From assembly GCA_964106915.2 (NCBI GenBank), contig OZ066915.1: a stretch of 64,000 nucleotides of DNA; one strand, 5' to 3'. The position numbers were made by a program, and so were the translations under genes. The notes under the pieces were generated by a model. The model did not search any database. It was not told where the DNA came from and worked only from the letters and a program-made list of their open reading frames with translations. Every line of letters begins with the position of its first letter. Positions within the stretch are counted from its first letter, which is position 1. Below, piece by piece: positions 26,785 through 40,453 of the stretch. The DNA comes from Podarcis gaigeae (lineage: Eukaryota).

Positions 26785-27122
26785 CATTGATTCATGCAGC
26801 GCATAGTTTTAACTATGCAGCTTGCTCCTGCAGGAGGCAGTGATGGCCACCATCAAGGATGGATTTAAAAGAGAGACAGATTCATGCAGGATAGGCCTGT
26901 TAATGGCTACTAGCCAGGATGAAGGTTATGCTGTGTCTCCATGGCTGGAGGCGATATGTTTCTGAATACAAGTTGCTAGAAACTGCAGGAGGGGAGAATG
27001 CTCTTGTGCTCAGGTTGTGCTTGCAGGTTTTCTGCAGACACCTGGCTGGCTGCTGTGAGAACAGGATGCTGGACTAGATGGGCCATAGGTCTGATGCAGC
27101 AGGCTCTCCTTATGTTCTTATG
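26785..27122 (+). mobile_element. CR1-like LINE 3' fragment
   Basis: ggatggatttaaaagag...gattcatg...gctggactagatgggcc...ctctccttatgttcttatg terminal repeat. Confidence 0.65.
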
Positions 27123-28082
27123 ACTCCAGTTCCCACAGGAGGAAGCCATTGTAGGTAACACAGACACAGCTGCACTCTTTTCTGCTTCTGTGCAAACTTA
27201 CTCCATTGAATTGGAATACAGTAGGATTATTGGTTGAGTAGTTTGAACAAAGAGGCATACAGATTAGATGAAGTGATGTGTAACAGTAGAAAAACTAACA
27301 CAGGGAGGAGAACATGCCTAGCCAACTAATGGTGATAGAAAGCATCTGCACTAGGTCCAGTCTGCTGGAGGCGAGTTACTTGTCTCCCAGCAGGCCAAGG
27401 GAGCACAGCCAGCACTCAAAGCAGGTGGTCAGGAATGCTAACGACCCAGAAAGTTCTCATTAGCTGGTAAATGCTGTGTCTCTGCACAGCTGTTTCATGG
27501 CCTAGCAAGTTAGCTGTTCAGCACCCAGGCAGCTGTGCACAGTGCTGCCGCCACCTGTTATTGCCTATAGGGAGTTTCCTCTTTCTTTCTGGTCACAGGT
27601 GTAACAAATCTCTAGGTCTTGGTTGCTTCCTGTTGCATAAAGAAGCAGATAAATTTGTGTGATCACAGGAATTTGTGCAGCATTCAGTTCAAGTTGTAAA
27701 CAGGGGAGTGACGTGGTGGCCTGGGCAATAGGTGCCTATTTTCATTTTCCTCTCCATCCACATGAACTGGTATTTTACAAAACTGCATGCTCACCATTCC
27801 AAAAAAGGTAGTCATGAGCTTTTCGGCGAGCAATTTAGAAAGAGCAGAAAGGAATGGTTTGCCATTCTGTGTTTCAGAGGACATACATTTATTCCTCAGA
27901 AGCGCCTATAACTCTGGAGATAGACGAAGATAGACACCCCCCCACACACCCTAAACTTTATTCATGTGCAAGTGCAGGACTCTGAACCTTGCTATAAATC
28001 TCTTCTTGCCCTCCCCATACAGTGAAATCTATACACAGGTACACTTGTCTCAGAACCTAAAATGGCACCTGTGCCTCTAACG

Positions 28083-28219
28083 TAGGGTTGCCATATTTAT
28101 AGAAGTAAAATTCAAGGCACAAAAGTTGTTCAGCTTTTTTAAGGAAAATCCCCTTGGACACTGTTTTTGCTGGTTAAATCCTGGACATATCCGGGAAATT
28201 TCAGACATATGGCAACCCT
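28083..28219. mobile_element. hAT-like MITE with 8-bp TSD (related to the 14197 element)
   Basis: TIRs agggttgccata / tatggcaaccct; flanks ctctaacg / ctctaatg. Confidence 0.75.
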
Positions 28220-29207
28220 CTCTAATGTGAAATGCATCATGCCCTGAAGGCACTGTCATACACCCACTCTCAAATCCAAACGATAGGGCTATGGTTCAGA
28301 GAGGTGCTGGCTTGGTCTCTATAAAGTTCATGGGTTTATACTACTGGCCATGACACTGTGATTGATACATTAGAGGCTAAAAAAGTACACAGACAGCACA
28401 TAAGAGGTTCAAAGAGAGAGAGAAGTTTTAGGTAATAATTGAAAGAAAGGTCGTTTATAACATAAATTAAGCAATTTTTTAGATTTCATTCAGGGGGTTT
28501 TAAATGCTTATTTTCTTTGGGTGGTATCTGACAGGAGTTAATTAAATGCCATGCTTTTGCTGCAATACTGTTCCCAACTGGGTGCAACACTCATCCTAAG
28601 ATGGATAAGACATATGGATAAAGCATATGCCTTTCACACTATTTTTATACACCAGGTGGTCCTGAGGTTTCCATGTAGTTGTTTTCATTTCCCATTTCTG
28701 ACAGTACTGAGTTTGTTATGCTCACACTACTATAGATGGAAAATACATTTACACTAGCATCTTTCCTTTAACTTCATTACTTCACTTTCCCCTCTTATGT
28801 GTTTATATGTTATGCTTCTTATGTTTCCTCCCCATGCACACACTCTCCTCTTAGGACTGTGGGTTGGGGAATTATAAAATATTAATGTGGAGTATGCATA
28901 CAACAAACAGTTGTAGATTCTTACAAAGCATGGGACTTTCTCAGTGGTGGCCCCATCACTACAGAAGTCTTCCCCAAGGAGGTTCATCCAACTATTTCTG
29001 TTATGGAGAACTTTTGGAGTAGAAGCATAAGACCTGGGCCATACACTCTCACAGGAGCAAGCCACCATCATTTCATAGATCCTGTTTCAAGAGTATCCAC
29101 AACGTTGATACTAGCATTTCAACAGCATGATGCATACCAGAAAAAGGAGGAAGAGCAAAGACCCAAGTGTTGCTAATTCCCCTCTGTGTGCTTCCCTTAT
29201 ATTGCAG

Positions 29208-29296
29208 ATCGTGGCACTGTCCAGAAAGTAATAGTCCTGCCCAAAGATGACATGGAAACAGAAGAACTGATGCTTGAAGAGGTGGAAGTGTTCAAG
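29208..29296 (+). CDS. SEMA3F: SEMA3F coding exon 14
   Basis: ttgcag|AT...AAG|gtaatt; 89 nt; RGTVQKVIVLPKDDMETEELMLEEVEVFK. Confidence 0.95.
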
Positions 29297-29828
29297 GTAA
29301 TTCACTGCACAGCCTACGAAAGACATGATCACTTGCTCTTCATGAAGCACATGGCTTGGGAATGGGTGTGGTGTAGTAGTGAAGATTGTGAACAGTGAAG
29401 TTCCTTGTTCATACTGTATTTCACTCTCAGCTGCAGAACATGTATGTGGTGTTAGGCTGACCAATATTCTCTGAGGCTCAGCCCTGCCAGATGCAGTACA
29501 AAGCTAATAATTCTAGGCTCCTTTGAAAGGAAGGGTGGAATAGAAGTTCAATAATATGAAATAAATAAATACCTTCCTGTAGTGTTGCATGGATTGTTAA
29601 GATAAAAAACATCTATCTATATGCTGAGAATTAATTGAAGATGGTGATAGAATTGCTCTCACAGGATTGTCACATCACCCCAGCTCATCAGATGAAAGTG
29701 TTTTGTCTTGTAAAACGGTGTTGTCCATAAGTCTTTACTTTGTGTTCTCTTTAAACTACTCCAAAGACCTTGGGAGGGCAGCCACCCTCTTAGACTAGAT
29801 TAATTGCCATAATTTGGTTTCCTCATAG

Positions 29829-29870
29829 GTTCCAGCTCCCATCAGGACAATGACCATATCTTCCAAAAGG
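29829..29870 (+). CDS. SEMA3F: SEMA3F coding exon 15
   Basis: tcatag|GTT...AGG|gtgagt; 42 nt; VPAPIRTMTISSKR. Confidence 0.93.
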
Positions 29871-30231
29871 GTGAGTATATCTTAATGAAGGTTGAAGTAT
29901 GTCTGCTTATTGGGCTAGATACTAGGCCAGAAATAGCCATGCCTCAGGAAACAAAAGAGTATTCTCTGACTGCTTGTCACTGGTACCATCTTTGCAGAAC
30001 ACGGAGCAATGTGGAGTTCCTTCCATTCTAGTCATTCTCCCATTTCCCTTGAGTATCTGCTGCTACAAGGAGCTCACTCTAGAGGCTGGGAGGTGGGTTG
30101 GAATGCAGAGCTGTTCTGAATGGTTGCACTTGGGAGGCTTTTCTGTCCACACTTCCTCAAGAAATCATATCCCTCACTCCATTCCCACCTCTAGTACACT
30201 GTGGGGGCAGAATTACCTATCCTCTCATTGA

Positions 30232-30480
<249 letters not shown>

Positions 30481-30911
30481 TAAAGGGACTTTAAAGAATG
30501 ACTGTGGGGTCATTGTTCAAAGCAATTTTTCAAGAGTTCTGGGAGTGCCTTGGAGTTAACTTTACAGGGAATATTCTAGGAAACTGGTTCTATTGATATA
30601 AAGTGGAATTCAGGGGTGGGCTAAGGAAGGTTTCCATCATACAGTGTCCTAGGAGAAATGCAGGAAAAAGTTCTGTTGAATGAATTCTAGGCAGTGCATC
30701 TGGGTAATGCTAAAGAGTATGATTGCTCCAAAACATGAAATGGATCTTGGGCAGGAATTTGAATCTTCCGTAGTTGGCTCGGAATAAATGTAGGATTCAC
30801 TGGCCAAGTGCTGGCCAGAAAGACAGAAGGTTTATGAATGGCTCATCATCTTGCTCCTTGGAAGGACCAAAATTCCAACTACTCACCTGGCTGCTTCTTT
30901 CCTTATCACAG

Positions 30912-30979
30912 GCGGAGCAGGCGTCAGGATGTCCGGCATGGCAACCCCATCCGTCAGTGTAGAGGCTACAATTCTAATG
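30912..30979 (+). CDS. SEMA3F: SEMA3F coding exon 17 (internal furin site)
   Basis: tcacag|G...AAT G|gtgagt; 68 nt; (R)RSRRQDVRHGNPIRQCRGYNSN. Confidence 0.95.
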
Positions 30980-31345
30980 GTGAGTGTCCTACTCACCCAC
31001 TGCATGGGAGGGATCAGAAGTAGCGTTCTCCTTGGTCTCGTGGTCCCTACTCACCTCTCTGCCCCCACAAAAAAAGTGTAGTGAGGGTGTTGAGATGGAA
31101 GGTCTGCTTTTTAAAAAAAAACTGGCAGCCCTTCACACCATGATTTTTGATCAGCAGAGTAGGTGAACAAACTGGTACACAATGTGGTGCAAAATATAGA
31201 CTTCCTTGGCACATAAAGTAGAGTAGCTATGGATTGGATGGAATAGTAGGGGCCATTTTTTCACTGGATAGGTGGGTGGGTGTCCCTGGGCAAATGAAGG
31301 GGCATGATTGAAGAATTAGGATCAGTACTATTGTACCTCTTTGTT

Positions 31346-31497
31346 ATCATAGAATTGTAGAGCTGTAAGGGATCCCATGGACATCTGGTCCACCTGCTAT
31401 GCAGGAATCTCAACTAAAGCATCCATGACAGATGGCCATCCAACCTCTGCTTTAAAACCTCCAAGGAAGGAGAGTCCACAAGGGAGACTGTTCCACT
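31346..31497 (-). mobile_element. CR1-like LINE 3' fragment
   Basis: atcatagaattgtagagctg... tail; tgcaggaatctcaactaaagcatccatgacagatgg shared with the 9195 copy. Confidence 0.7.
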
Positions 31498-31766
31498 TTA
31501 GTTCATTTCTTACATAAGTCATCCAACTCAGTCACATACTTCAATCACATGGTCAGGCTGCACCCAGAACTGGAACCTGAATGGTCCATATGCTGAATGA
31601 TGGGATGGCAGATTAGCCAAGTGTGGCTATATAAACTTGGCAGTAATGAGACTAGTCTCCTGGCAAAGGAGTAGGAGCTTCTTGGAATATATTTTGTCAG
31701 GGAATGCATTAGTTGAAATGCGACCCTTGGCAAATCATAATCTTGTATCTATGTATCCACCTCCAG

Positions 31767-31900
31767 CCAGCAAGAACACTGTAGAGGCTGTCCAGTATGG
31801 AGTGGAGGGAAGCACAGCCTTCCTGGAGTGCCAGCCTCGCTCCCCTCAGGCCACCATCAAATGGCTGCTCCAGAAGGACAACAGTGACCGAAGGAAAGAG
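31767..31900 (+). CDS. SEMA3F: SEMA3F coding exon 18 (Ig domain)
   Basis: ctccag|CC...GAG|gtacaa; 134 nt; SKNTVEAVQYGVEGSTAFLECQPRSPQATIKWLLQKDNSDRRKE. Confidence 0.94.
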
Positions 31901-32978
31901 GTACAAACAGGCAGACCTGAATTTCCAGAATGGAATTTGGAGGGAAAGGAGGGAATGGAGGCCAGAGGGAAGTTAGCATGAAAGTTAGTGGCTTAGCGAG
32001 GAGGAGTAACTTGCCTTTTGTTTCCACCGTAAGTTTTAATAAGTACTAAGACTATCTCTATTTTTCAAGTGGGATTCAGTCAAAAACTGACAGCTTCAGA
32101 TAGCACAATTAGAATCGATTTGGTACTTATGCACATCAAATCTGCTCGCAAAAAGCACATAGACCTTTTGCAGTAAGGAAGGTGACTTGAAAATAGACTG
32201 GAAAGTGTGGGATAACAATTGCTTGATGAAACTTATATAAGCTCCTTGCAAACAAATCAGAATGAATGTTCAAATAAGCTGCAGACAATGCACAAAGAAA
32301 TTAGGATGATTCCTCAATAAGCAGGTCATCTGGAAGTGACAGAGAGTTAAGTTGGCCAATCTTTTGTTCTATTTTCATCATGTTAAAAAACACTTGTTTC
32401 TCGGTCCACTTTCAACCACCTTGCTGACATTTCATCTATTTTTCATCTGCATCCTGGATACTAGAAGGATCTCTGTGCAGAAGCTCACAAAATAGGTTTT
32501 TTAAAGCTCTGAGGAACTGTGGCGCCTGAACAAGGCCACTGAAAACAGCCCAGGGAACCATCCATGCCTGTGCTATCTCTGAGCTTATATGACCAAGCTC
32601 TTGAAAGCTCCCTGACCCATTTGAGCTAAAGCTAGAGTTTGTTGATTTACTTTCTGTAAGTCCTTCCTACTCAGCCCATCTGATTGGTAGCAGCCCCAAA
32701 CCTGCTTCTATCCAGCCAATAGTTCCATCTGGGCTCCTCAGAAAAAGGATGGGAAGCTGGATCGTTCATCATGCTTTGCTGTTTGCCAGGACTCAGAAGT
32801 CTAGGAATTGCAGAACAGGAAATAATGAGAACTAAGAAGCTAGGAGGATGAGGGCCAGAAAGCACTCAGGCAATGAATATGCAGCTTGTTTTCCACCCAC
32901 AGTGTGATCTAATGTATCTCTACCCAGCAACTCCCAACTGTGTTAACAATGCCTCCTCGATGTGTTTCTTTCCATTAG

Positions 32979-33413
32979 CTGCGCACTGAAGGAAGGGTGC
33001 TGAGGACAGAGCAGGGGCTGCTGTTGCGGTCCTTGCAGCTCTCGGATGGGGGCCTCTATTCCTGCACAGCCACAGAGAACAACTTCAAGCACACGGTGGC
33101 CAAAGTGCAGCTGCATGTACTGAGCAGTGAAACGGTCCATGCTGTGCTCTTCCAGTCAGAGGCCCCTGCCCCTTCTGCAGCAGCCATGCGAGCCGGCCTG
33201 CCAGGCACTTTCAGCTCCCATTACCATGACCTTGTGCAGCTGCTCACCCAGCCTGAGATGGGACTCATCAACCAGTACTGCCAGGGCTATTGGCGGCACG
33301 TGGCCTCCAACCATAAGGAGACTCTGGCTGGTCTCAAAGCCAAGGAGCTGCATGATCAGAAAAAGCCTCGAAACCGCAGGAACCACCAGCCAGAGATGGA
33401 TCAGCACACATGA
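32979..33413 (+). CDS. SEMA3F: SEMA3F last coding exon (Ig domain end, basic tail, stop)
   Basis: cattag|CTG...TGA; 435 nt; LRTEGRVLRTEQGLLL...GLYSCTATENNFKHTV...CQGYWRHV...QKKPRNRRNHQPEMDQHT*. Confidence 0.95.
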   Translation: MRTEGRVLRTEQGLLLRSLQLSDGGLYSCTATENNFKHTVAKVQLHVLSSETVHAVLFQSEAPAPSAAAMRAGLPGTFSSHYHDLVQLLTQPEMGLINQYCQGYWRHVASNHKETLAGLKAKELHDQKKPRNRRNHQPEMDQHT

Positions 33414-36393
33414 AACTTGACAAGGGACTATGAAATGACAGTGCTATATTTCCCCCCTCCATTTTAATATTAAAATATCTATAAATATATATATAAATAT
33501 ATATATATACACACACAAAAAAAAAAACAAACACGCCCTGCTCCCCCCTCAAGACAATATTTATTTGTAGGTTGTACATAATATGTGGGTGATGCAGTCT
33601 CACCTCAGTGTGTGACAGCAAGGAGTTTGGAGGCGTCCCGCTGGCAGCTTGCTCTTCCTTTCCCCTTTTATCTGCGGTACTGTAAAATAGCTGACACTCT
33701 GGAGGATCTCAGTGGGACACGGCAGTCTTGTGTGGAATCTGTGGGTCCAGAATGTTGGAGCAGAAGCCTTCAAGACTGGATCATCATGGGCAAGTCTGGG
33801 AATGTTGTGCTACTGTCACTGAAAACATTTTTACCTGGTTAAAAAGGAGAGGAAAATGTCTGTTGTCAGACACTAAGCATACCTACCCTGAAGTGTATAA
33901 AAGCCTCTGCTACACCTACAAAGACTTGAGCACTTTCTTCTCCTCTGTACATTTCTCTGCCTCAAAGCATATTCTGGCAGGACACTCTTGCGTGTAAAGT
34001 ACAATGGAGGCTTCATGTCTTGAGGAGCCTGAATCATTTAAGGCAGGAGGAAGTGCTTCACCGAGGGATGTCCATGCATGGTTCCATGCGGTGCTCCTAC
34101 TGCTTTCAGAAGAAAGTTAATCCCACCAATAGGAACAATGTTATGATTTGATAATGATTCAGCTTGTGCTGTTTGGCTGATGATCTGCAAGAGATATTGT
34201 CTGTGAAAGTTGTGGTACAACCAAAAGAGCTGTTGGGAAGGTGGATATGGCTATTCTCGTAGGCACCTGGCTTTTCTGAGCTAGTTTACTTGATGGATGT
34301 GAAGGCCTCATCCAAGTGGGCTATGCCAGGGAGACGTAATGTATATATGAACCAAAGCTACTCTCCCATAGTGCATGTGTCAGAGACTTCCAAGGCCAAA
34401 GACAGCATGGGATTGGAGGTGGCAGAGAGGGTTAGGCATCAGCGGGATAGCCATCAGGACACCGGGCTTCTGCTCAGCTGGCCAGTGCAAGCATCCAACC
34501 TGGTTATTTATTATTATTTAAATAATATTAATTCGCCCACTAGGAATTCAGTTCCTCAGTTTAATAATACCAGTCTACCCAGCCACACAATGTGGAAGTT
34601 GGAAAGTCTGGTCCTGAGTATTCCCATCAGGATTCCTGTGGAATTGCCATCAGTCCACATGAGCAACTTCAATTTGCTGCAGGTTGGGTGGAGCATCCTT
34701 TGCAAAAAGAGAGAAACGTCGAACTAAGAGTGATCTTTCTGCTTAATTTCAAGATGGATTCCACATATCATGGCTAAGTAAGGACATTCAGTGCATTCAG
34801 TATCCCCCATGACAGAGATCATTACCTACCTACCTCCCACCATTTTGTTCTGAGATAAACAATGGTGAGCATAGAACAGCAGTGGTAACAACACTGCTCA
34901 AAAATGAAGTCAAGAAGGCAATTGTATTACTAAGATTGACTTCAGGATTTATGGGTGTAATTGGGAATATGACCAAATTGTTCTAGGAATTAATCCCATG
35001 GGGGGGGGGAATACAGAGGGAGAGGTTGAGTCTTCTATCAGGGCAAAGATTTCTGCGTGTGCATTCTCTCCCTCTCGCTCCCCCTCCCCTAAATCTGTTC
35101 TAGGAACTCCCCCAACCCTCTGGAACAGATTTGAGGAAGGCATGGGGCAGACACAGGGGAAGGAGAAGAGGGAAAGTCCTGTTGCATACACAGAAATCCT
35201 TGTGGGGATAGGATACAGTAGTTGAGTACCAACCAGAGCCAATGAGAGAACTGAGAACCACAGGAGAAAAAATTGAATCCACAGGAGGGGTGCGGGCAGG
35301 GCAGAGTTCTGTGCATAGATATTATAATTTGGGCACCTTGGGAATTGATTAATATGATCTGGCATGCAGAGAAGATGATTATGATAAAACATATAATCAG
35401 GTCTTAACCTGAGCCAAACTTGGTCAACCCATGAACCTATTTTGAAAGCGAGGAATATGAAAGGGTAGTCTAGAGTATCTCTGAGCATGGGCAGAATGCA
35501 TGTTCCTCAACACTGAGTATCTATGCCCAGAATTGGAGAGGGCTCCTGGGTCAAAGGGTGACTGAGAAAGGCTTGGGCCCACCTCAGCTTGTCTGGTTAT
35601 AACAAAATCTATTTAATGACCTTTTTCTGCCTCCCCCTTCATTTTTTTTAAAGGCATTGGCATTTCCTAAATGTGTGGCTGTGCCTTCCACCTTAGGTTT
35701 TACTGTTGCAGAGGGTTTAGTTCTCTTGTTTCTTGGGTACCTCTTTCAGACTGGTCTGGTTATGGCTTTTAGGTTCAGTGCCTCCAAAGAATTAGAATCA
35801 AATTCTGAGTTTGGCTTAATCCACATCACTAAATGCCTGTGGAATTACACCGATTTACATCTGCTAGATATCAGCACTTGGATCTCCCATTGTAGTGACC
35901 TGTTCGCTGACGCAAGGAACAGGTCTGCTCTGCCACAGGGATTGCAGTCATGGAGGGTAGCAAATAACATGCCCAAGACTGTTGTGTCACTCTACATGTG
36001 TAGCCTAGGTGTGCTAGCATGGAAGGTAGGTTATTTCTTGGACTTCTCACTTCCGTCTGCAGAGTAGAGGACAGTCTCGATGGAGTAGACCAGAAGCCTG
36101 CACTGTGTTTCCTCTGGTCTCTGGTGCTGTACCTCCTGCTGTTAACAAAGAGAGCTCACCATTCACCTGAGCCTAAGCCCACTTCATTTGTACACACAAA
36201 ATCCTTGCAGGCACACCCCCTTTCCCTTGCAATCTGAGTGATGCGCTTGTACTTTCTCTTGTAAATAGTTGTAAATCAAAAATGTAACAAAAACTGGGGA
36301 TCTGGAGATTTTGATTAGTAGCTCCTTGTGATGAATTCAAGCACAGAGCCATTTCGCACCTGTAATGTGAAATTCCTGTGGATAGAACAAGCT

Positions 36394-36399
36394 AATAAA
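36394..36399 (+). terminator. Probable SEMA3F polyadenylation signal AATAAA
   Basis: AATAAA followed by a G/T-rich tract (ggctttgtttttg) and preceded by tgtaaata motifs typical of 3'UTR ends. Confidence 0.6.
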
Positions 36400-39300
36400 C
36401 ACTGGCTTTGTTTTTGAAAACTCAAAGACTCCTTCACCTTGACTCACACTCTTCAGGATGCCCTCATTTCCCTCCTGAAGTGATGGACTCTTTTTTTACA
36501 TTCCACTAGTTCAGCTTCAGATTGCAACCGCTTCTATGGATTGCTCAATGTATTTATTCCAATACAGAAGTGGCATAAAAACAACACATACTTTCCCCAT
36601 CTCCATATCCCAGTATCCACTAATCTGGAATTGTGCTGGAAGCAATACCTATATGCCACTCACAGTTGGAGGCAGCCAGTTTGCACAGATCGAGCTGGGA
36701 TATCTCTACCTCATCATGACCCCAACATGCCAGAAATGGAAAGAACTAGGCAGCACCCAAGTCCTGAGCAAGAGTGTGTGTCAAGTCCTGAGGCAGAGAA
36801 GAGTTAGCAATATACAGTACTCAAGGTCCTCTTTGTGTTCTGAAGTCAGGTTGCTTTGAACACGGCACCCTCTTTGTTTGTCTATTTCCCATCACCACAG
36901 TTCTTCATTGGGAACTTGATAAGTGTGCATGACCTACTCAAAATATTACTAAAATTGGCAGTAGCAAAAAGAAAACATTTAACTTTTACATATCTGGATT
37001 GGCCTGCACAAACAAAAATATTTAAAGCAGGTGCAGAAAAGGATATTGCAAAGGCGCTTGATTGATGTCAGTAGACAGGGAGCTCCAAAGTGTAGTGACT
37101 CACTAAAAGATTGATTCTCCTATTACAGGTGCCCTACCAGTAGATCTTTCTCTGTGGGCTTCTATAAAGGTGGTGGTGTGCTGTGACTAGAGCGCTAGGT
37201 TAACACCATATCCTCGTCTCTTTTGCAGGATTTTCCCATTGTCATGGCGATAATAGTGCACAGTTGGGCCATCCCTATGTGACATGGTCTCCACCACTAT
37301 TGCACTTCCCCTAGCCTGACAAACATCTTGGGGGAGCCTGGTTGTGATTTGTAGGCCAGCATGCAGAGGCCACCCTCTGTGCATGTCATTGTTCCTGTGT
37401 AAATCAATGTCTGACCATAAACAGCTGGAAGCTGCCCAGATCAGTGCTAAAATTCAGCATGCAGGGGTGGCAGGAAGGGCAGGCTTTAGGAAAATCTAGC
37501 AGGGGACAGTGCTTTTAAAAAAACAAAAAACAGTGTTATCTGGTATGGCGTACCATGACTTATTTATGTGTCTTGGCATGGTAGCCATTTAGTGTTGGCA
37601 CCCAAGACACTTTTATCAAGATAGGAATAATGGGACCTTTTAGCCAAAAAAGGGGGGGGCACATGGGGATATGGAACATGGTGGCAGGAGAAATATGGGA
37701 GACACACAATGGCCACATGCATCCCACATATGCCTTAGGGGAAGCTATAATGACAGGGGTATAGACACTGATGTAAAGTTATCCACAGCTTGTTCCCTGT
37801 TAATTTACAGAGCCATAGATCCCCCTGCTTATGAAGCAACCAGGTAAATTATTTTCTGCTGCTCCTGTTTTATGAGCAGTCTGGTCAGGAGGGGAGAAAG
37901 GGGGCAGGTGTTGGATTCCTTAGACCTGGCAGTGCCCCTCCTTGTCCTGCAGCCCACAAACAAAGGCCCCTTGTTCTGCTGGCTTCATAAAAGAGAGAGA
38001 AATCTACCTCTCCAAGGGTGTGCTAAGGCAGCCGGTTAAGCAAACACACAGGGAAATGGGGATCAGGGTCATGGTCTTATTTCCTGTCCCCCTAGGCTGA
38101 GGAAGTTGCTAAGGGGTGGGTGGGTGGAGCGGTGTCCACTAAAACAAGGATGACACAGGTCCTGAACTGCTGGCCCAGGGCTTGTTCTTCCTCAAGCCTG
38201 AAGAGGGTCTCGGGGCCTTAGCAGTCTTTTATCACCTGAAGTCTTTTTCTTGGATACTGATACCTCAGAACTGAACCCTAAAAAGGGTAACTGAGGGGGA
38301 CATGTTTGAGAGAAAGAGTTATAATGCTCAAGGATAAGTGAATGGTTTCCTGGGGCTGCTTAGGGATAATCAGCTTCACACTCAAATTCTGTCAGCTGGC
38401 TAAACTTCACGACAGATATTGAACTGGTAGTATTAGGTAGGTAGGCCAGGCTGAAAAGGATGAGTTGTTTTCTCTGTGCTTTTAGGTTGACTGCTATTGG
38501 TATATCTCTTGTGTGCTTTTGTTATATGAAGGACTTGCCTCAGATATGAACTTTACCTCAGAATCCCCCCTTGAGTTCCAGGTTGTTCCTTTTTTAAAGA
38601 GGGAAGAATTTTTGCACTCACTGAACAGGCCAAAGGTTTTCTGTGGAAACCACCTTGAATGGGTGTCTTCTCTCATGGCTAAGAGTTGAAACCTTTAAAA
38701 CACCCAGAGAGAAAACCTACATAGGCTGAAAACAGCAGCTTCTTATGGAGTTTTTGCTATCTGGCATCAGAAAGGTAAGCCCTACAGAAAGAAAGCTAGG
38801 AAAGAAACCCTATTTGGGTATTCTTCTAACATGGATTTTCATGCAGATTCTCATATATTTCTGTATTTTCTTCATTTTTCTGTATTATGGTGTTTCTAGC
38901 AATTTTATGCTTGCACGTACACACACGCACTCCAACTCCAACTCATGTAGGCCAAAGGTCTGAAGTGGAGACCCTCTTGTTGTGGAGGCTCCCCACATGA
39001 TTTAGCACCCTGTTTTATTGGGGCTCTATGTAGTGTTGCTATCCATCCCTAGAAAAGTGTCCACTGTCCCATTTGGACTTCAAACAGGATACCTTTCTCC
39101 GCATATTCGAACTCCTCCTCCTCAAAACACTGTGGGCAGAGGGTGGGGATGAGAGGGGGAGTTTCAGATAGAGCGTTTTTTCATGGGCAGGGGGTGATGA
39201 GCAAGAGAAGAGATTTGCAGAGACCTCATCCATCCATCCATCCATCTGGTGGAGAGCAGGGGAGATTGGGAAACAAGAGTTTTTCGTGGACAGAGACTGG

Positions 39301-40453
39301 TGGGTTGGAGAGCGTGAACGGGCTTTTGTAAACCGTGTACCTTTGTACAGTAATGGATTGCTTTGAAATCATTTATGCATCATGTAAAGTAATTTTTAGC
39401 CCCCCCTTCTACCTGTATTTTGTCTGACCTGTCCTTTATATTGCCTGACCAACGGCGGGAGCCCTAGCTCTAAGTCACTTGGGGACCCTCCACATACAAA
39501 GGAGGTTCCTGTCTTCAGATCTTTGCCTTGCTATGAGTTGGAGGGTGATGAGGGGTGGAGTTCGAGGTAGAGGGCCCAAATAGAGTCCCACAGCAAGAGG
39601 GGCTAAGGGGGCATTGTCTGACCAAATATTGTGTGTGTGAGAGAGAGTGGGATGGGGGGAGCACTGCTGCACTAAAAACTAATGACAAGAGCAGAACTGC
39701 CTTGAATTTTATCCTCTTCAGTGTTACTCTGGAAGGTAATCTCAAAGCAGATCCTTCCTATCTAAGTTGGCAGCATTTGACAGATCAACACTCTGACATA
39801 AGGCTCACTTTGGAAGCTGTGATGGCTGAAATAATAGTAAGCTAGCAATGGACAAGTCATTTTGCAAAGTCTCGAAGCACATTTGTAGTGATGGTTCCCC
39901 GTCTAGTGGCAGAAAGTCACATTGTTACTTGAGGTTAAGGAAGAGAACATACTGTACGTTTGTCCTGCCATCAATACAGGTCTCTTGACTCTGCCTCAAC
40001 TGTGGGGACATGATGCAGACCACTTTTGTGGTTTCTAGAAGACATTTTATTATGATTGGAAAGGCAAATGAATCCAAAGCTCTCTGCACTGGTCATTTGC
40101 TAAATCTCTTCTGGAGAAGTCAACGTATGAGATACTGAAACTCTGTCTTTATGCTTGGGTTTCCTAAGCAGCAATATCTTGTGGGGATCCCAGCAAGCTG
40201 TTACATCTCATTCAGTGTGTTCTAAAATCCATTTTCCAGCAGCTCCTCTCAGTCAGACTGAAGCCAAATCCTGCTGGAACTGGCAAGATGATAGTGTTTG
40301 ATCAGTTTCAGTGTTCATCTCCCCCAGCATCCCATTTCCAACATGGGACAACCAGATGCTCTAGAAAGTCCACATGCAAGGCACAATGGCATCAGCCCCA
40401 TCCCCTTGTTTGTCCCCAGAATCTGGCATTTAGAGATAAGTTTCACCCGGTAT

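Noticed and set aside
34949-35488. 179-aa minus-strand ORF with a hydrophobic stretch
   Set aside because: Antisense to the SEMA3F 3'UTR; hydrophobicity follows from the purine-rich plus strand; no family similarity or splice support
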